Assembly (NCBI GenBank): GCA_000989955.1
Contig: LBTE01000002.1
Span: 85,326-149,325 of the forward strand
Length of the DNA stretch: 64,000 nt
Origin: a candidate division TM6 bacterium GW2011_GWF2_37_49
GTDB lineage: Bacteria > Babelota > Babeliae > Babelales > RVW-14
Direction: 5' to 3'
Both the position numbers and the translations under genes were made by a program. Below the pieces are notes generated by a model. It was not told the origin of the DNA. It made no database searches and saw only the letters and a program-made list of their open reading frames with translations. Each line of letters opens with the position of its first letter. Positions within the stretch are counted from its first letter, which is position 1. This document shows positions 16,467-25,018 of this stretch, in pieces.

Positions 16467-18093
16467 CCATTTGTTTTTGTTTATAGCGGTTTTTGGAATT
16501 GTGTTTGCCTCTTTAACGCTGCCATTTGGATATTGGGGTTTTGTGGGCGATGATTACGGCAATATCCTGCATTCACAACTGCAAAGTTGGTCCGATTTTA
16601 TCAAATTATTTTATGAGGGCGATGCCTGTTCTTTTTATCAAGCTTCAAATTATGTTCCATCAGAACCAAATTTTTTTAGCGTTTATTACCGGCCGATGGC
16701 CTTTGTGTTTACGTACATTCAATCTATTTTTTTTGGTTTTAATCCGTATGGTTATTTTTTGATTTTTATCCTGTTTCATGCGATAAATGCTGCATTAATT
16801 TTTAACATTTTTAGTTGGTTTATCCCTTTGGGATGGGCTTTTTTGATGGCCTTATTTTTCGCATTTCACATTAGTTTGGGAAGCTGGTTTGGGTGGTTGC
16901 CAGCATTCCAGCAGATTATAAATCTAACATTGTTGTTACTGATTTTAATTTTACTCAAGCAGTATCTTAAAACACGGGAAATTTTTTATTATGTTGGTGC
17001 GGTTTTTTTGTTTTTGGTATCATTGTTTAACAGAGAAACATTTTTAGTATTCCCATTTTTGTTAACTTTGGGAGTAATTATTTTTCGAGATAAAGCCGAA
17101 ACTTTGTGCCACTCGGTATTTCGCGCTATAAAAATTAGTGCATGTTTTTGGCTTGCATTCAGTGTTTATTTTTATACACGCCTTTATTTTTTTCCAATAA
17201 AATTTGTACATTCAGGTCTATGTTTTCATGACGGAGTAATTAGTGTAAGCAATCGTTTTTTAGAAGCAGTTTCATTTTTGTCTGATTTATTTGGGCTGTC
17301 TTTTATGCCTGCTGGTCATAGATTATGCAAAGGCGTTTTGATTATTTCAATTTTTACTTTGATTTTCACGTTATTTTTAAAGAATGAACAAATTAAAAGA
17401 CTATCATTTTTAGCCTTTTCTTTACTTGCTTTTATGTGGCCGGCTTTTTTGACGCATTATCTTCCCAGATCATTGTATGAATCAGCACTTTTTTTGTTTT
17501 GTTTAATTTTAATTTTTCTTTTTAAATACAGCACAATTGATTGTTTTGGGTTTCAGATTGTTAAAAAATTTATATTTGGTCTTGGCGTTTTTATGTGTGC
17601 ATTTTTCATGATAAAAAGCATGAAAACATCAGAGCAATTAATTTTAAAAATTAATACAGCGTTCGCTGAGCTATGTCTGAATAAAAGCATTATCAATAAG
17701 CCTCTTTGCTTTGTTGAATTGCCGTGTAGTTTTATCGCAACCGGCGTGGCTCAAGCGGTTTGGATGCGTGGAGTTAATAAAGGGTTGCCAATTTTTGAAT
17801 TACAATTACCAATCAAAGTTTTTAAAGAAGAGTGGAATAAAATTATTCCGATGCATAAAAGATTTGTAAATATTGAAGTGGTTAACACGGGATTGCGAGC
17901 AGTTGCATGCTTGCCGAATGTTTTATGTTTTGATGTTACGCCTGGTGCTCAAAATATTTTAATAAATAAGACTGTTCGTGGAAATGTTGTTGATGTTTTT
18001 TTACCTTTAAGCGACAAATGGCCGATGGACAGGCTTGTGTTTATCGGTTGGGATTATGATGCTTTTAAATTTAAAATTTTGAATGGTGTTTAA
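16432..18093 (+). CDS. GT-C fold membrane glycosyltransferase (ArnT/PMT-like), paralog 2
   Basis: See 7631..9124. Same DD loop motif, YRP motif and TM architecture. Confidence 0.55.
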   Translation: MLLKKLSNIICNHLFLFIAVFGIVFASLTLPFGYWGFVGDDYGNILHSQLQSWSDFIKLFYEGDACSFYQASNYVPSEPNFFSVYYRPMAFVFTYIQSIFFGFNPYGYFLIFILFHAINAALIFNIFSWFIPLGWAFLMALFFAFHISLGSWFGWLPAFQQIINLTLLLLILILLKQYLKTREIFYYVGAVFLFLVSLFNRETFLVFPFLLTLGVIIFRDKAETLCHSVFRAIKISACFWLAFSVYFYTRLYFFPIKFVHSGLCFHDGVISVSNRFLEAVSFLSDLFGLSFMPAGHRLCKGVLIISIFTLIFTLFLKNEQIKRLSFLAFSLLAFMWPAFLTHYLPRSLYESALFLFCLILIFLFKYSTIDCFGFQIVKKFIFGLGVFMCAFFMIKSMKTSEQLILKINTAFAELCLNKSIINKPLCFVELPCSFIATGVAQAVWMRGVNKGLPIFELQLPIKVFKEEWNKIIPMHKRFVNIEVVNTGLRAVACLPNVLCFDVTPGAQNILINKTVRGNVVDVFLPLSDKWPMDRLVFIGWDYDAFKFKILNGV

Positions 18094-18237
18094 AAGTACT
18101 AAGCGAATTATTTTTGTGTATGCTGAGTCAATATAAAATCAATCGATTTTGGTAATAAAAAATTATTAATTTTAGCATTAATTATATATACTTTTGATTT
18201 GTGAAATTTAATAGACTTTTTATTCTTTCTCTGGGAG

Positions 18238-19908
18238 ATGAGGGTGAGTGTAATTGATAAATTAAATAAAGTTTTAGATGGCCGTACCAAATTTATAACA
18301 GTTACTGGTGGCGTATGTTCATCGATTGGGAAAGGCGTTTTGGTTTCCTCTCTTGGCGTATTGCTGGAAAAGGCTGGATATACCGTGTCCGTTGTAAAGT
18401 GGGATCCATACTTAAATGTTGATCCCGGAACAATGTCACCGCTTGAGCATGGTGAAGTGTTTGTAACGTCGGATGGTGCTGAGACAGATCTTGACCTTGG
18501 GCACTACGAGAGAATGTTGGGAATCCATCTTACAAAGACGTCATCTGTTTCGTCTGGACAAATATTTGAATCATTGATTAAGGGGGAACGAGAAGGCAAG
18601 TTTCTTGGGCGATGCATCCAACTTATTCCACACGTCGTAAGTTCAATAAAAGAGAGATTGTTGGATTTTGCGCTAGAAAAAGATGTCGATTTTGTTTTGA
18701 CTGAAATTGGTGGAACGGTTGGTGACATGGAAGGTGACATTTTTTTGGAAGCTGTAAGGCAAATTCGTTTGGATTTGGGCAATAATCGTTTTTTGCATTG
18801 TCATTTGAGCTATGTTCCTTATTTAAGTTGGGCAAATGAGACGAAAACAAAGCCTACACAACACAGCGTCTATAATTTAAAGGGCATGGGATTAGTTCCG
18901 GATGCATTGTTTTTACGTGCGGACAGATCTGTTGGAGTCAGTCCGTGCGAAAAGCTTTCTGTGATGTGTGGAGTGAATCGCGATTATATTTTTCAAGCAT
19001 TAACACATAAACCCATTTACAAGCTTTTTATTGATTTGAATGAGCAGGGTGTAAGTCAAAAAGTTCAGGAATATTTTGGCTTAGAGCCAAGAAGGCCTGA
19101 TTTGACTGGGTGGAAAAAGTTTATTGAGTTAATTGAGGGCAGCAAAAAAGAGGTTAAAATTGGACTTGTAGCAAAATACGTTGGCAGCAATGATCCATAC
19201 ATCAGTGTTATTGAGGCTATTGAGTCTGCTGGATATTGGAATGGTGTTAAGGTTAATCTGATTGTTCTTGAAGCCGAACAGATTGAAAAGCACAAATCAA
19301 ATCCGAATGAAACGGTTATGCAGTTGTTACGTTCTGTTGATGGAATAGTTATTCCAGGCGGATTTGATATGCGCGGAGTTGAGGGCAAAATTTTTGCTGC
19401 AAATTGGGCCAGAGAGAACAATGTTCCTTATCTGGGGCTGTGTTTGGGTATGCAGATTATGTTGATTGAGTTTGCCCGTTCAGTGCTTGGTATGACTGAT
19501 GCTAGCAGTACTGAATTTAATAAAAACACCACACACCCAGTGATATCAATGCTTGCTGAGCAGCAGGGTATTGCTCAAAAGGGTGCAACAATGAGGCTTG
19601 GAACATATCCTTGCCGTATTGTTGCTGGAACAAAGGCCCATCAGGCATATTGCCAAGATTTGGTCCAGGAAAGACATCGTCACAGATATGAGTTCAATAA
19701 CGCTTATCGTAGCGAATTTGAGGCAGCTGGGGTGGTGTTTTCTGGAATATATGAAGAAAAGAATTTAGTGGAAATGGCGGAATTGAAGAGCCACCAATTT
19801 ATGCTTGGGTCACAATTTCATCCAGAATTTACATCGAGGCCACTTTCTGTAAACCCATTATTTATGGCTTTTATGAAGGCCGTTGTGAACTGGCAAAAAT
19901 GGCGTTAG
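18238..19908 (+). CDS. pyrG: CTP synthase
   Basis: KFITVTGGVCSSIGKGVLVSSLG, DPYLNVDPGTMSPLEHGEVFVTSDGAETDLDLGHYER, GLCLGMQ, QFHPEF. Confidence 0.95.
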   Translation: MRVSVIDKLNKVLDGRTKFITVTGGVCSSIGKGVLVSSLGVLLEKAGYTVSVVKWDPYLNVDPGTMSPLEHGEVFVTSDGAETDLDLGHYERMLGIHLTKTSSVSSGQIFESLIKGEREGKFLGRCIQLIPHVVSSIKERLLDFALEKDVDFVLTEIGGTVGDMEGDIFLEAVRQIRLDLGNNRFLHCHLSYVPYLSWANETKTKPTQHSVYNLKGMGLVPDALFLRADRSVGVSPCEKLSVMCGVNRDYIFQALTHKPIYKLFIDLNEQGVSQKVQEYFGLEPRRPDLTGWKKFIELIEGSKKEVKIGLVAKYVGSNDPYISVIEAIESAGYWNGVKVNLIVLEAEQIEKHKSNPNETVMQLLRSVDGIVIPGGFDMRGVEGKIFAANWARENNVPYLGLCLGMQIMLIEFARSVLGMTDASSTEFNKNTTHPVISMLAEQQGIAQKGATMRLGTYPCRIVAGTKAHQAYCQDLVQERHRHRYEFNNAYRSEFEAAGVVFSGIYEEKNLVEMAELKSHQFMLGSQFHPEFTSRPLSVNPLFMAFMKAVVNWQKWR

Positions 19909-20073
19909 AATCTTTTGTTTACAGATAGTATTTTTATAATTGATAAATTCATTTTTTGCGTAAATTTAGTTTGACCGGAGGTTTTTTTTGGCTTAAACTC
20001 GTGGAAGTCTTTCTTATTTTTAAGTGCAGAGATAGATATTTGATTTTTTGAACTGCGAAAAAGGTTTTGTACC

Positions 20074-20511
20074 ATGGATATGAATAAAGATATGAATAAA
20101 AGTTTTGTTTTAAAAAATGAAGAGCGAAATCCTCAATGGCGTAAAATTGATGCTACAGGGCAGGTTTTAGGCCGTCTATGCACACAGATAGCTGATGCAT
20201 TGAGGGGCAAAGATAGGCCTACATACACTCCTCACACCGATTCAGGAGATTACATTGTAGTTACAAACTGTGAAAAGATTGTTCTTACAGGTAATAAGTG
20301 GGACGGTAAAATATACGTCCATCACACTGGCTGGAGAAGTGGATACAAAGAAAGAACGGCTAAGCAGGTTTTGGCTAAAGATCCTCGAAATTTAATCATT
20401 CACGGTGTTAAAGGTATGTTGCCAAAGAATAAGCTTAATCGACAAGTGATCAAAAAGTTGAAAGTTTATGTTGGAGATGCTCATCCTCACAAGGCACAAC
20501 TTCAAGATTAA
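20074..20511 (+). CDS. rplM: 50S ribosomal protein L13
   Basis: WRKIDATGQVLGRLCTQIADALRGKDRPTYTPHTDSGDYIVVTN ... HHTGWRSGYKERT ... GMLPKNKL. Confidence 0.95.
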   Translation: MDMNKDMNKSFVLKNEERNPQWRKIDATGQVLGRLCTQIADALRGKDRPTYTPHTDSGDYIVVTNCEKIVLTGNKWDGKIYVHHTGWRSGYKERTAKQVLAKDPRNLIIHGVKGMLPKNKLNRQVIKKLKVYVGDAHPHKAQLQD

Positions 20512-20540
20512 GTTTTCATAATTTTGAATAATGAAATTAG

Positions 20541-20577
20541 TGGAACAGGTCTGGTTCGTCCAGCTTGTTCCATTTTT
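20541..20577 (+). terminator. Intrinsic terminator after rplM
   Basis: TGGAACAGG(t)CTGG-ttcgt-CCAGCTTGTTCCA, a 13-bp stem with one bulge and one G.U pair, followed by TTTTT. Confidence 0.7.
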
Positions 20578-20592
20578 ACTTTAAGGGTGTAA

Positions 20593-21468
20593 ATGTTGGC
20601 TATGCAAACGACGTTAAATAAAGCGATCATTTTTGAAGGAATAGGTGTTCACTCTGGTTTATCAGTTCGAGTGGTTCTAAAGCCTGCCACGGCTAATTTC
20701 GGCATTGTTTTTATTAATCCCAAATTTCCTGGCGAAAGCTTTAAAATTGGCAGCGTTATTCCAGAAGTTGCAATGCAGGCCACCGTTTTGAAACAAAAAA
20801 GCTGGATTTTGAGTACTGTTGAACATTTATTAGCTGCCATATCTTCAGTTGGTCTTGATAATGTTTTGATCGAAATTGACGGATTTGAGGTCCCTATACT
20901 TGACGGTAGCGCATTGCCCTTCGTACAAGGCTTTTTGGCTGCCGGGTTAAAGGTTTTGCAAGCGCCCAGAAAATACATTACCCCCAAACAAGATTTGCGT
21001 TTTGAAGATGCCAAAACCGGCAGGTACATAGAAATCAAGCCAGCAAAACAATCCGCAGTCGGCGTGTTTGTATATGAGCTAGAAATCGACTATATCGCTG
21101 ATTTTAACCATAACTTGATTGGAAACAGCAATTTTAAGTGTACATTAACGCCGGATGTCTTTGCTAACGACATCTCTCCGGCTCGAACGTTCGGTTTTTT
21201 AGAGCAGCTGCCTCAGGTGCGCAAACATGGCCTTGCCAAGGGCACATCGCTTGGTAATACCGTGGTTTTGAGTAATGAAGGCTTTTTAAATGAGCTCAGA
21301 TTTGAGGATGAGTGTGTTCGGCACAAAGTCCTAGATTTGATTGGTGATCTTGCGCTTGTTGGGCTACCGCTTATCGGCCAGGTCAAAGCCTGCAAAACTG
21401 GGCACAATTTCAACCGCGAGGTCGTTGTTCATTATATTTTTAATCCTGATCAGTGGTTGATTATCTAA
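20593..21468 (+). CDS. lpxC: UDP-3-O-acyl-N-acetylglucosamine deacetylase
   Basis: FEGIGVHSGLSVRVVLKPA, STVEHLLAAISSVGLDNVLIEIDGFEVPILDGSALPFV, RHKVLDLIGDLAL, TGHNFN. Confidence 0.9.
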   Translation: MLAMQTTLNKAIIFEGIGVHSGLSVRVVLKPATANFGIVFINPKFPGESFKIGSVIPEVAMQATVLKQKSWILSTVEHLLAAISSVGLDNVLIEIDGFEVPILDGSALPFVQGFLAAGLKVLQAPRKYITPKQDLRFEDAKTGRYIEIKPAKQSAVGVFVYELEIDYIADFNHNLIGNSNFKCTLTPDVFANDISPARTFGFLEQLPQVRKHGLAKGTSLGNTVVLSNEGFLNELRFEDECVRHKVLDLIGDLALVGLPLIGQVKACKTGHNFNREVVVHYIFNPDQWLII

Positions 21469-21471
21469 CAA

Positions 21472-22488
21472 TTATTTTAGCGCTGCGTTGATTTTTGCCA
21501 AGGCGCGACTTTTTTGTTGATCGGTTGAATTGTAAAAGTTGTTATACAAAACAAGCAAGGCGTCGATGAGGGCCGGGATGACGAACATTAAAACGGCGGG
21601 CTTGACTTGATATGGATTTTCCATTTCGTGATCAGCTTCAGGATGTGTTTCAATTTGAGCTTCAAGTTGTTGAGTTGTGACGCTGCGGTACTGATCGAAT
21701 TTTCTCAATGATTCTGTCCAGAGTGCTGCTAGTGTTGGATTATCAGATGATGCAAGATCCAGTAACGCATCGCGTTCTCTATCCATGGCTGCTGAGCGCT
21801 GTTCTTTCAAAATATTCACAGTTCTTGCATACGACGGAGCCTCGGCAATTTTGGGCTTCAATTTACTGTCATTATAGAATAGAAAATCGAGGACAAGTAG
21901 TGGTATTATCGCATCAAATATGGCTACCATACCTCGTTGTACTACAATATTTTCCGAGACCAAAACATCATCTTTCCACCGCACTTCAGAGCTATCCTTT
22001 TCCTGCATAATTTTATCATTTAACTTGGATGCGTATTTATCATTGAATAACGCAATAACTTCATTCCTCTGTTCAGGCATTAGAGATGTTATGTACTTTT
22101 CAAGCTTTCGAAGCGCGATCAGCGAAGCATCTCTTTTGTAGATGGCCAAATCAGCCATGATTGTGAAAACAATGATTGAAAGACCGCCAGCATGCAACAT
22201 CTTGAGGAATTCAATATCTAACAAACCGCATGTAAGCATCACGGCCATCGGCCCGCCAAATCGTACTAACTCTCTTACCAGTCCAACAATTACACGTTCG
22301 GAATCGGTTGGCTTTTTTGCTGTCAAAGCCGCTTGCACCAAATTTTCAAACTCTTGCACTTCAGGGCTTGTAGCCTGCAAAGCCTCCGTTGACGCGACTC
22401 CACTTGCTTGAATGTCCGGTTGCATCGCATATGCTAAACTGGCAGATAAAAAGGCGCCCAATATTAATATTTTTTTAAAAATTAGCAT
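21472..22488 (-). CDS. Exported/membrane orphan protein, paralog family A (member 2)
   Basis: Signal MLIFKKILILGAFLSASLAYA|MQPDIQASGV. QEFENLVQAALTAKKP, VRELVRF, LIALRKLEKYITSLMPEQRNEVIALFNDKYA. Hydrophobic pair GGPMAVMLTCGLL / GGLSIIVFTIMADLAIY. Confidence 0.65.
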   Translation of the reverse strand: MLIFKKILILGAFLSASLAYAMQPDIQASGVASTEALQATSPEVQEFENLVQAALTAKKPTDSERVIVGLVRELVRFGGPMAVMLTCGLLDIEFLKMLHAGGLSIIVFTIMADLAIYKRDASLIALRKLEKYITSLMPEQRNEVIALFNDKYASKLNDKIMQEKDSSEVRWKDDVLVSENIVVQRGMVAIFDAIIPLLVLDFLFYNDSKLKPKIAEAPSYARTVNILKEQRSAAMDRERDALLDLASSDNPTLAALWTESLRKFDQYRSVTTQQLEAQIETHPEADHEMENPYQVKPAVLMFVIPALIDALLVLYNNFYNSTDQQKSRALAKINAALK

Positions 22489-22495
22489 TATATTT

Positions 22496-23323
22496 CTAAC
22501 CCTGATTTGTGGAATGTTCTTTCAGAGCTTCTTTTATAGAGTCCAAAGATACAAATTTTATAGCCTTGAGCATGTCTGCGCGATCGGATACTTGTTTTTC
22601 TGTAGTTGGTTGGTTATCAAATAAGAATAAGCAACTAAATACGTTCATCAGGGACAGGGAAAAAGATGGACTAAGCATTCTATCGTTATTTTTGGCTGAA
22701 CTATACTTTTTACCAATAAATAAACAAACTAAGCATCTTATGATAAATCTGTACAGCTGGACGCTCAGGTATTGATTGGGGTGTTTTTCGGATGATTCCG
22801 ATTTAAATTTTTCACTTAACTGATCGATGTATTTATTGAACTGTTCACGAATTTGATTTTTGTTTTCATCACTAAGTTTCTGGGTAGTTACATATTTTTC
22901 GAGTTTTTTTAGCACAGCAAGTGTCGGGTCTGTTTCGCTTATCGATGATGAATTAAGCGGGTTGTTTGTACGTATTGTTAAATCGGATATAAGAGGGATT
23001 AGGAAATTAATAGCTGTTAAAAGCAACAGATTATTCTCATGGCCGTTTTTCATGTTTGAGTCTGCAATTTTCAATGTAATAATAACCGTTCCAAGCCTAA
23101 TAATCTCACGTATCGTGTCAAAGCTAATTTGTTTTAAAATAGTTGGTCTTTTCGCATTCAAAGTCGCCTGCATCAAATCTTCAAACTTTTGTACCTCTTG
23201 GCTTGTGGCCAGCAAAGCCTCGGTTGGCGCGACTTCACTTGCTTGAAAGTTTGGCTGCATAGCGCATGCCGAGCTGATAAACAAAAATGCGACAGAAATT
23301 AATAATTTTTTAAAGTTTTTCAT
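22496..23323 (-). CDS. Exported orphan protein, paralog family A (member 3)
   Basis: MKNFKKLLISVAFLFISSACA|MQPNFQASEV. QKFEDLMQATLNAKRP, LAVLKKLEKYVTTQKLSDENKNQIREQFNKY, SESSEKHPNQYLSV. Confidence 0.65.
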   Translation of the reverse strand: MKNFKKLLISVAFLFISSACAMQPNFQASEVAPTEALLATSQEVQKFEDLMQATLNAKRPTILKQISFDTIREIIRLGTVIITLKIADSNMKNGHENNLLLLTAINFLIPLISDLTIRTNNPLNSSSISETDPTLAVLKKLEKYVTTQKLSDENKNQIREQFNKYIDQLSEKFKSESSEKHPNQYLSVQLYRFIIRCLVCLFIGKKYSSAKNNDRMLSPSFSLSLMNVFSCLFLFDNQPTTEKQVSDRADMLKAIKFVSLDSIKEALKEHSTNQG

Positions 23324-24146
23324 TTTTATTCTCCATAATCAAAGGCTGATCTTTCAGAGCCTCTTTGATAGAGTATAAATCTATAAATTTTAAACCCTTA
23401 GCTAAGTCGAATACTTTTTTTCCTGTTGGATCCGAATATAAGTTATCTGCACACATCCATAAATCGTACGAGGAAATTAGGGCGTTCACCAAGGACAGTA
23501 AATAAGGCAATGTCAGCATTGATTCATTGTCTTTATTTATGTTTTTATTTGCATAAATAATAAAACAAACAAATAATCTGATGATAAATCTGTATAGATT
23601 GACGCTTAGGTATTGATTCGGATGTTTTTCGGATGATTCTGATTGAAATTTTGTACACAGCTGGTCGAAGCATTTATTAAATTGTTCTCGTATTTTATTT
23701 TTATTTTCAACGCTAAGTTTCTGGGTTGTTATGTATTTTCTGAGTTTTTTTAGCGCAGTAAATGTTGGATCATTTGCGCTTATTGATAACGAATCTAGTG
23801 CATTGGTTGTACGTATTGTTAAATCGGATACAAGAGGTATTAAAAAATTAATAGCTGTGCAAAGCAATAGATCATTGTTTTGGCCTTTTTTCAATGTAAA
23901 AAAAACTGTTCCAAGTCGAATAATCTCACGTATCGTATCAAAACTAATTTGTTTTAAAATGGGCGGCTTTTTCGCATTCAAGGTCGCCTGGAGCAAATTT
24001 TCAAACTCCTGAATCTCTGGGCTTGATGCCTGCAAAGCCTCTGTTGACGAGACTTCACTTGCTTGAATATCTGGCTGCATCGCGCACACTGAGCTGGTAA
24101 ATAAAAAAGCGACCAATGTTAATATTTTTTTTAAATTTTTCATCAT
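23310..24146 (-). CDS. Exported orphan protein, paralog family A (member 4)
   Basis: MMKNLKKILTLVAFLFTSSVCA|MQPDIQASEV. Very similar to member 3 (QEFENLLQATLNAKKPPILKQISFDTIREIIRLGTV, SESSEKHPNQYLSV). The track ORF starts further upstream, at 24182. Confidence 0.65.
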   Translation of the reverse strand: MMKNLKKILTLVAFLFTSSVCAMQPDIQASEVSSTEALQASSPEIQEFENLLQATLNAKKPPILKQISFDTIREIIRLGTVFFTLKKGQNNDLLLCTAINFLIPLVSDLTIRTTNALDSLSISANDPTFTALKKLRKYITTQKLSVENKNKIREQFNKCFDQLCTKFQSESSEKHPNQYLSVNLYRFIIRLFVCFIIYANKNINKDNESMLTLPYLLSLVNALISSYDLWMCADNLYSDPTGKKVFDLAKGLKFIDLYSIKEALKDQPLIMENKNEKL

Positions 24147-24194
24147 ATTTAATTCCACAAAAAACTCGATATTATGCATCATTGACTAATTAAT

Positions 24195-24256
24195 CTATCT
24201 TAAAAAATTAAAAATTACAAACGCGCTGCAATTTCAGCTTGAATATTATTGCGCGT
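24195..24256 (-). terminator. Hairpin terminator downstream of the CYTH/rseP/tolC-like gene string
   Basis: ACGCGC(tg)CAAT ... ATTGCGCGT stem (24221-24232 / 24248-24256). On the minus strand it is followed by TTGTAATTTTTAATTTTTT. Confidence 0.5.
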
Positions 24257-24273
24257 TGAGATTATGATTTTTA

Positions 24274-24416
24274 CGGCTATACATTGACATTGATCATTAA
24301 AAGCCATGACTTCATCGGCTTTGCCAAGGAATTGATAATTTTTTAGATGCGGGCTGCCAGAATTGATCTGGACGTAGTTGTGGAGATAATTTTTTAAAAA
24401 TTGCAAAAAGTGGCTT
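24274..24416 (+). repeat. Dispersed intergenic repeat family, copy 5 (forward)
   Basis: CGGCTATACATTGAC ... CTTCATCGGCTTTGCCAAGGAATTGATAATTTTTTAGATGCGGGCTGCCAG ... AAAAATTGCAAAAAGTGGC. Confidence 0.85.
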
Positions 24417-24421
24417 TGTTT

Positions 24422-25009
24422 TTATTTTTTTCGTGCAGCTTGCAAAAGTGCGTAGTGTTCAGGGTTTGTGAGTCTGATCAGATGAATCAATTTGCCCTCT
24501 GCTGGCTCGATGGCGATGCCGTGTTTGGCTGCAAAATTTTGTAATTTAAGTGAGGCTTGCGGTATTTGTTCTGGCTGATCTACCACGGTCTCGAGTTCGC
24601 AAAGATCGTAGGTGAAATCGCCATAATCGGCGTGATCAATATCGATGGTTAGATCATCTTTTAAGTACGTAATTCTTGTGTTTGTTATTTTATAAAGCGG
24701 TATAAAGCCGGCATTTGCAACTGCTTGTTCAAGCGTTGGCTCGGAAGGCAAGTTGAGTGCCTGCCGAATTAACGATTCATCGATTAGTTCGTGCATACTA
24801 AAAACTGTTGTATTACGTGAACTAGCAGGGGTTTTGAGCATAAAGTTTCCGTTTCTGGTGCGCAGCCAAAAATCTTTTGTTGTGAGGGCATAACTTGCGG
24901 AGTCGTAGTAAACATCGTGAATAATCTCTTCTGAATCGAATTTTGCCCCATCAAGAAGTGTCCGTTTTTGTTCGTCTGACAATTTAAATTTGATCTCAAC
25001 TTCAATCAT
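24422..25009 (-). CDS. CYTH-domain protein (triphosphate tunnel metalloenzyme, ThTPase/CyaB-like)
   Basis: N-terminal EVEIKFKL (ExExK signature), then DVYYDSASYALTTKDFWLRTRNGNFMLKTP. Confidence 0.7.
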   Translation of the reverse strand: MIEVEIKFKLSDEQKRTLLDGAKFDSEEIIHDVYYDSASYALTTKDFWLRTRNGNFMLKTPASSRNTTVFSMHELIDESLIRQALNLPSEPTLEQAVANAGFIPLYKITNTRITYLKDDLTIDIDHADYGDFTYDLCELETVVDQPEQIPQASLKLQNFAAKHGIAIEPAEGKLIHLIRLTNPEHYALLQAARKK

Positions 25010-25018
25010 GTTAAATCT

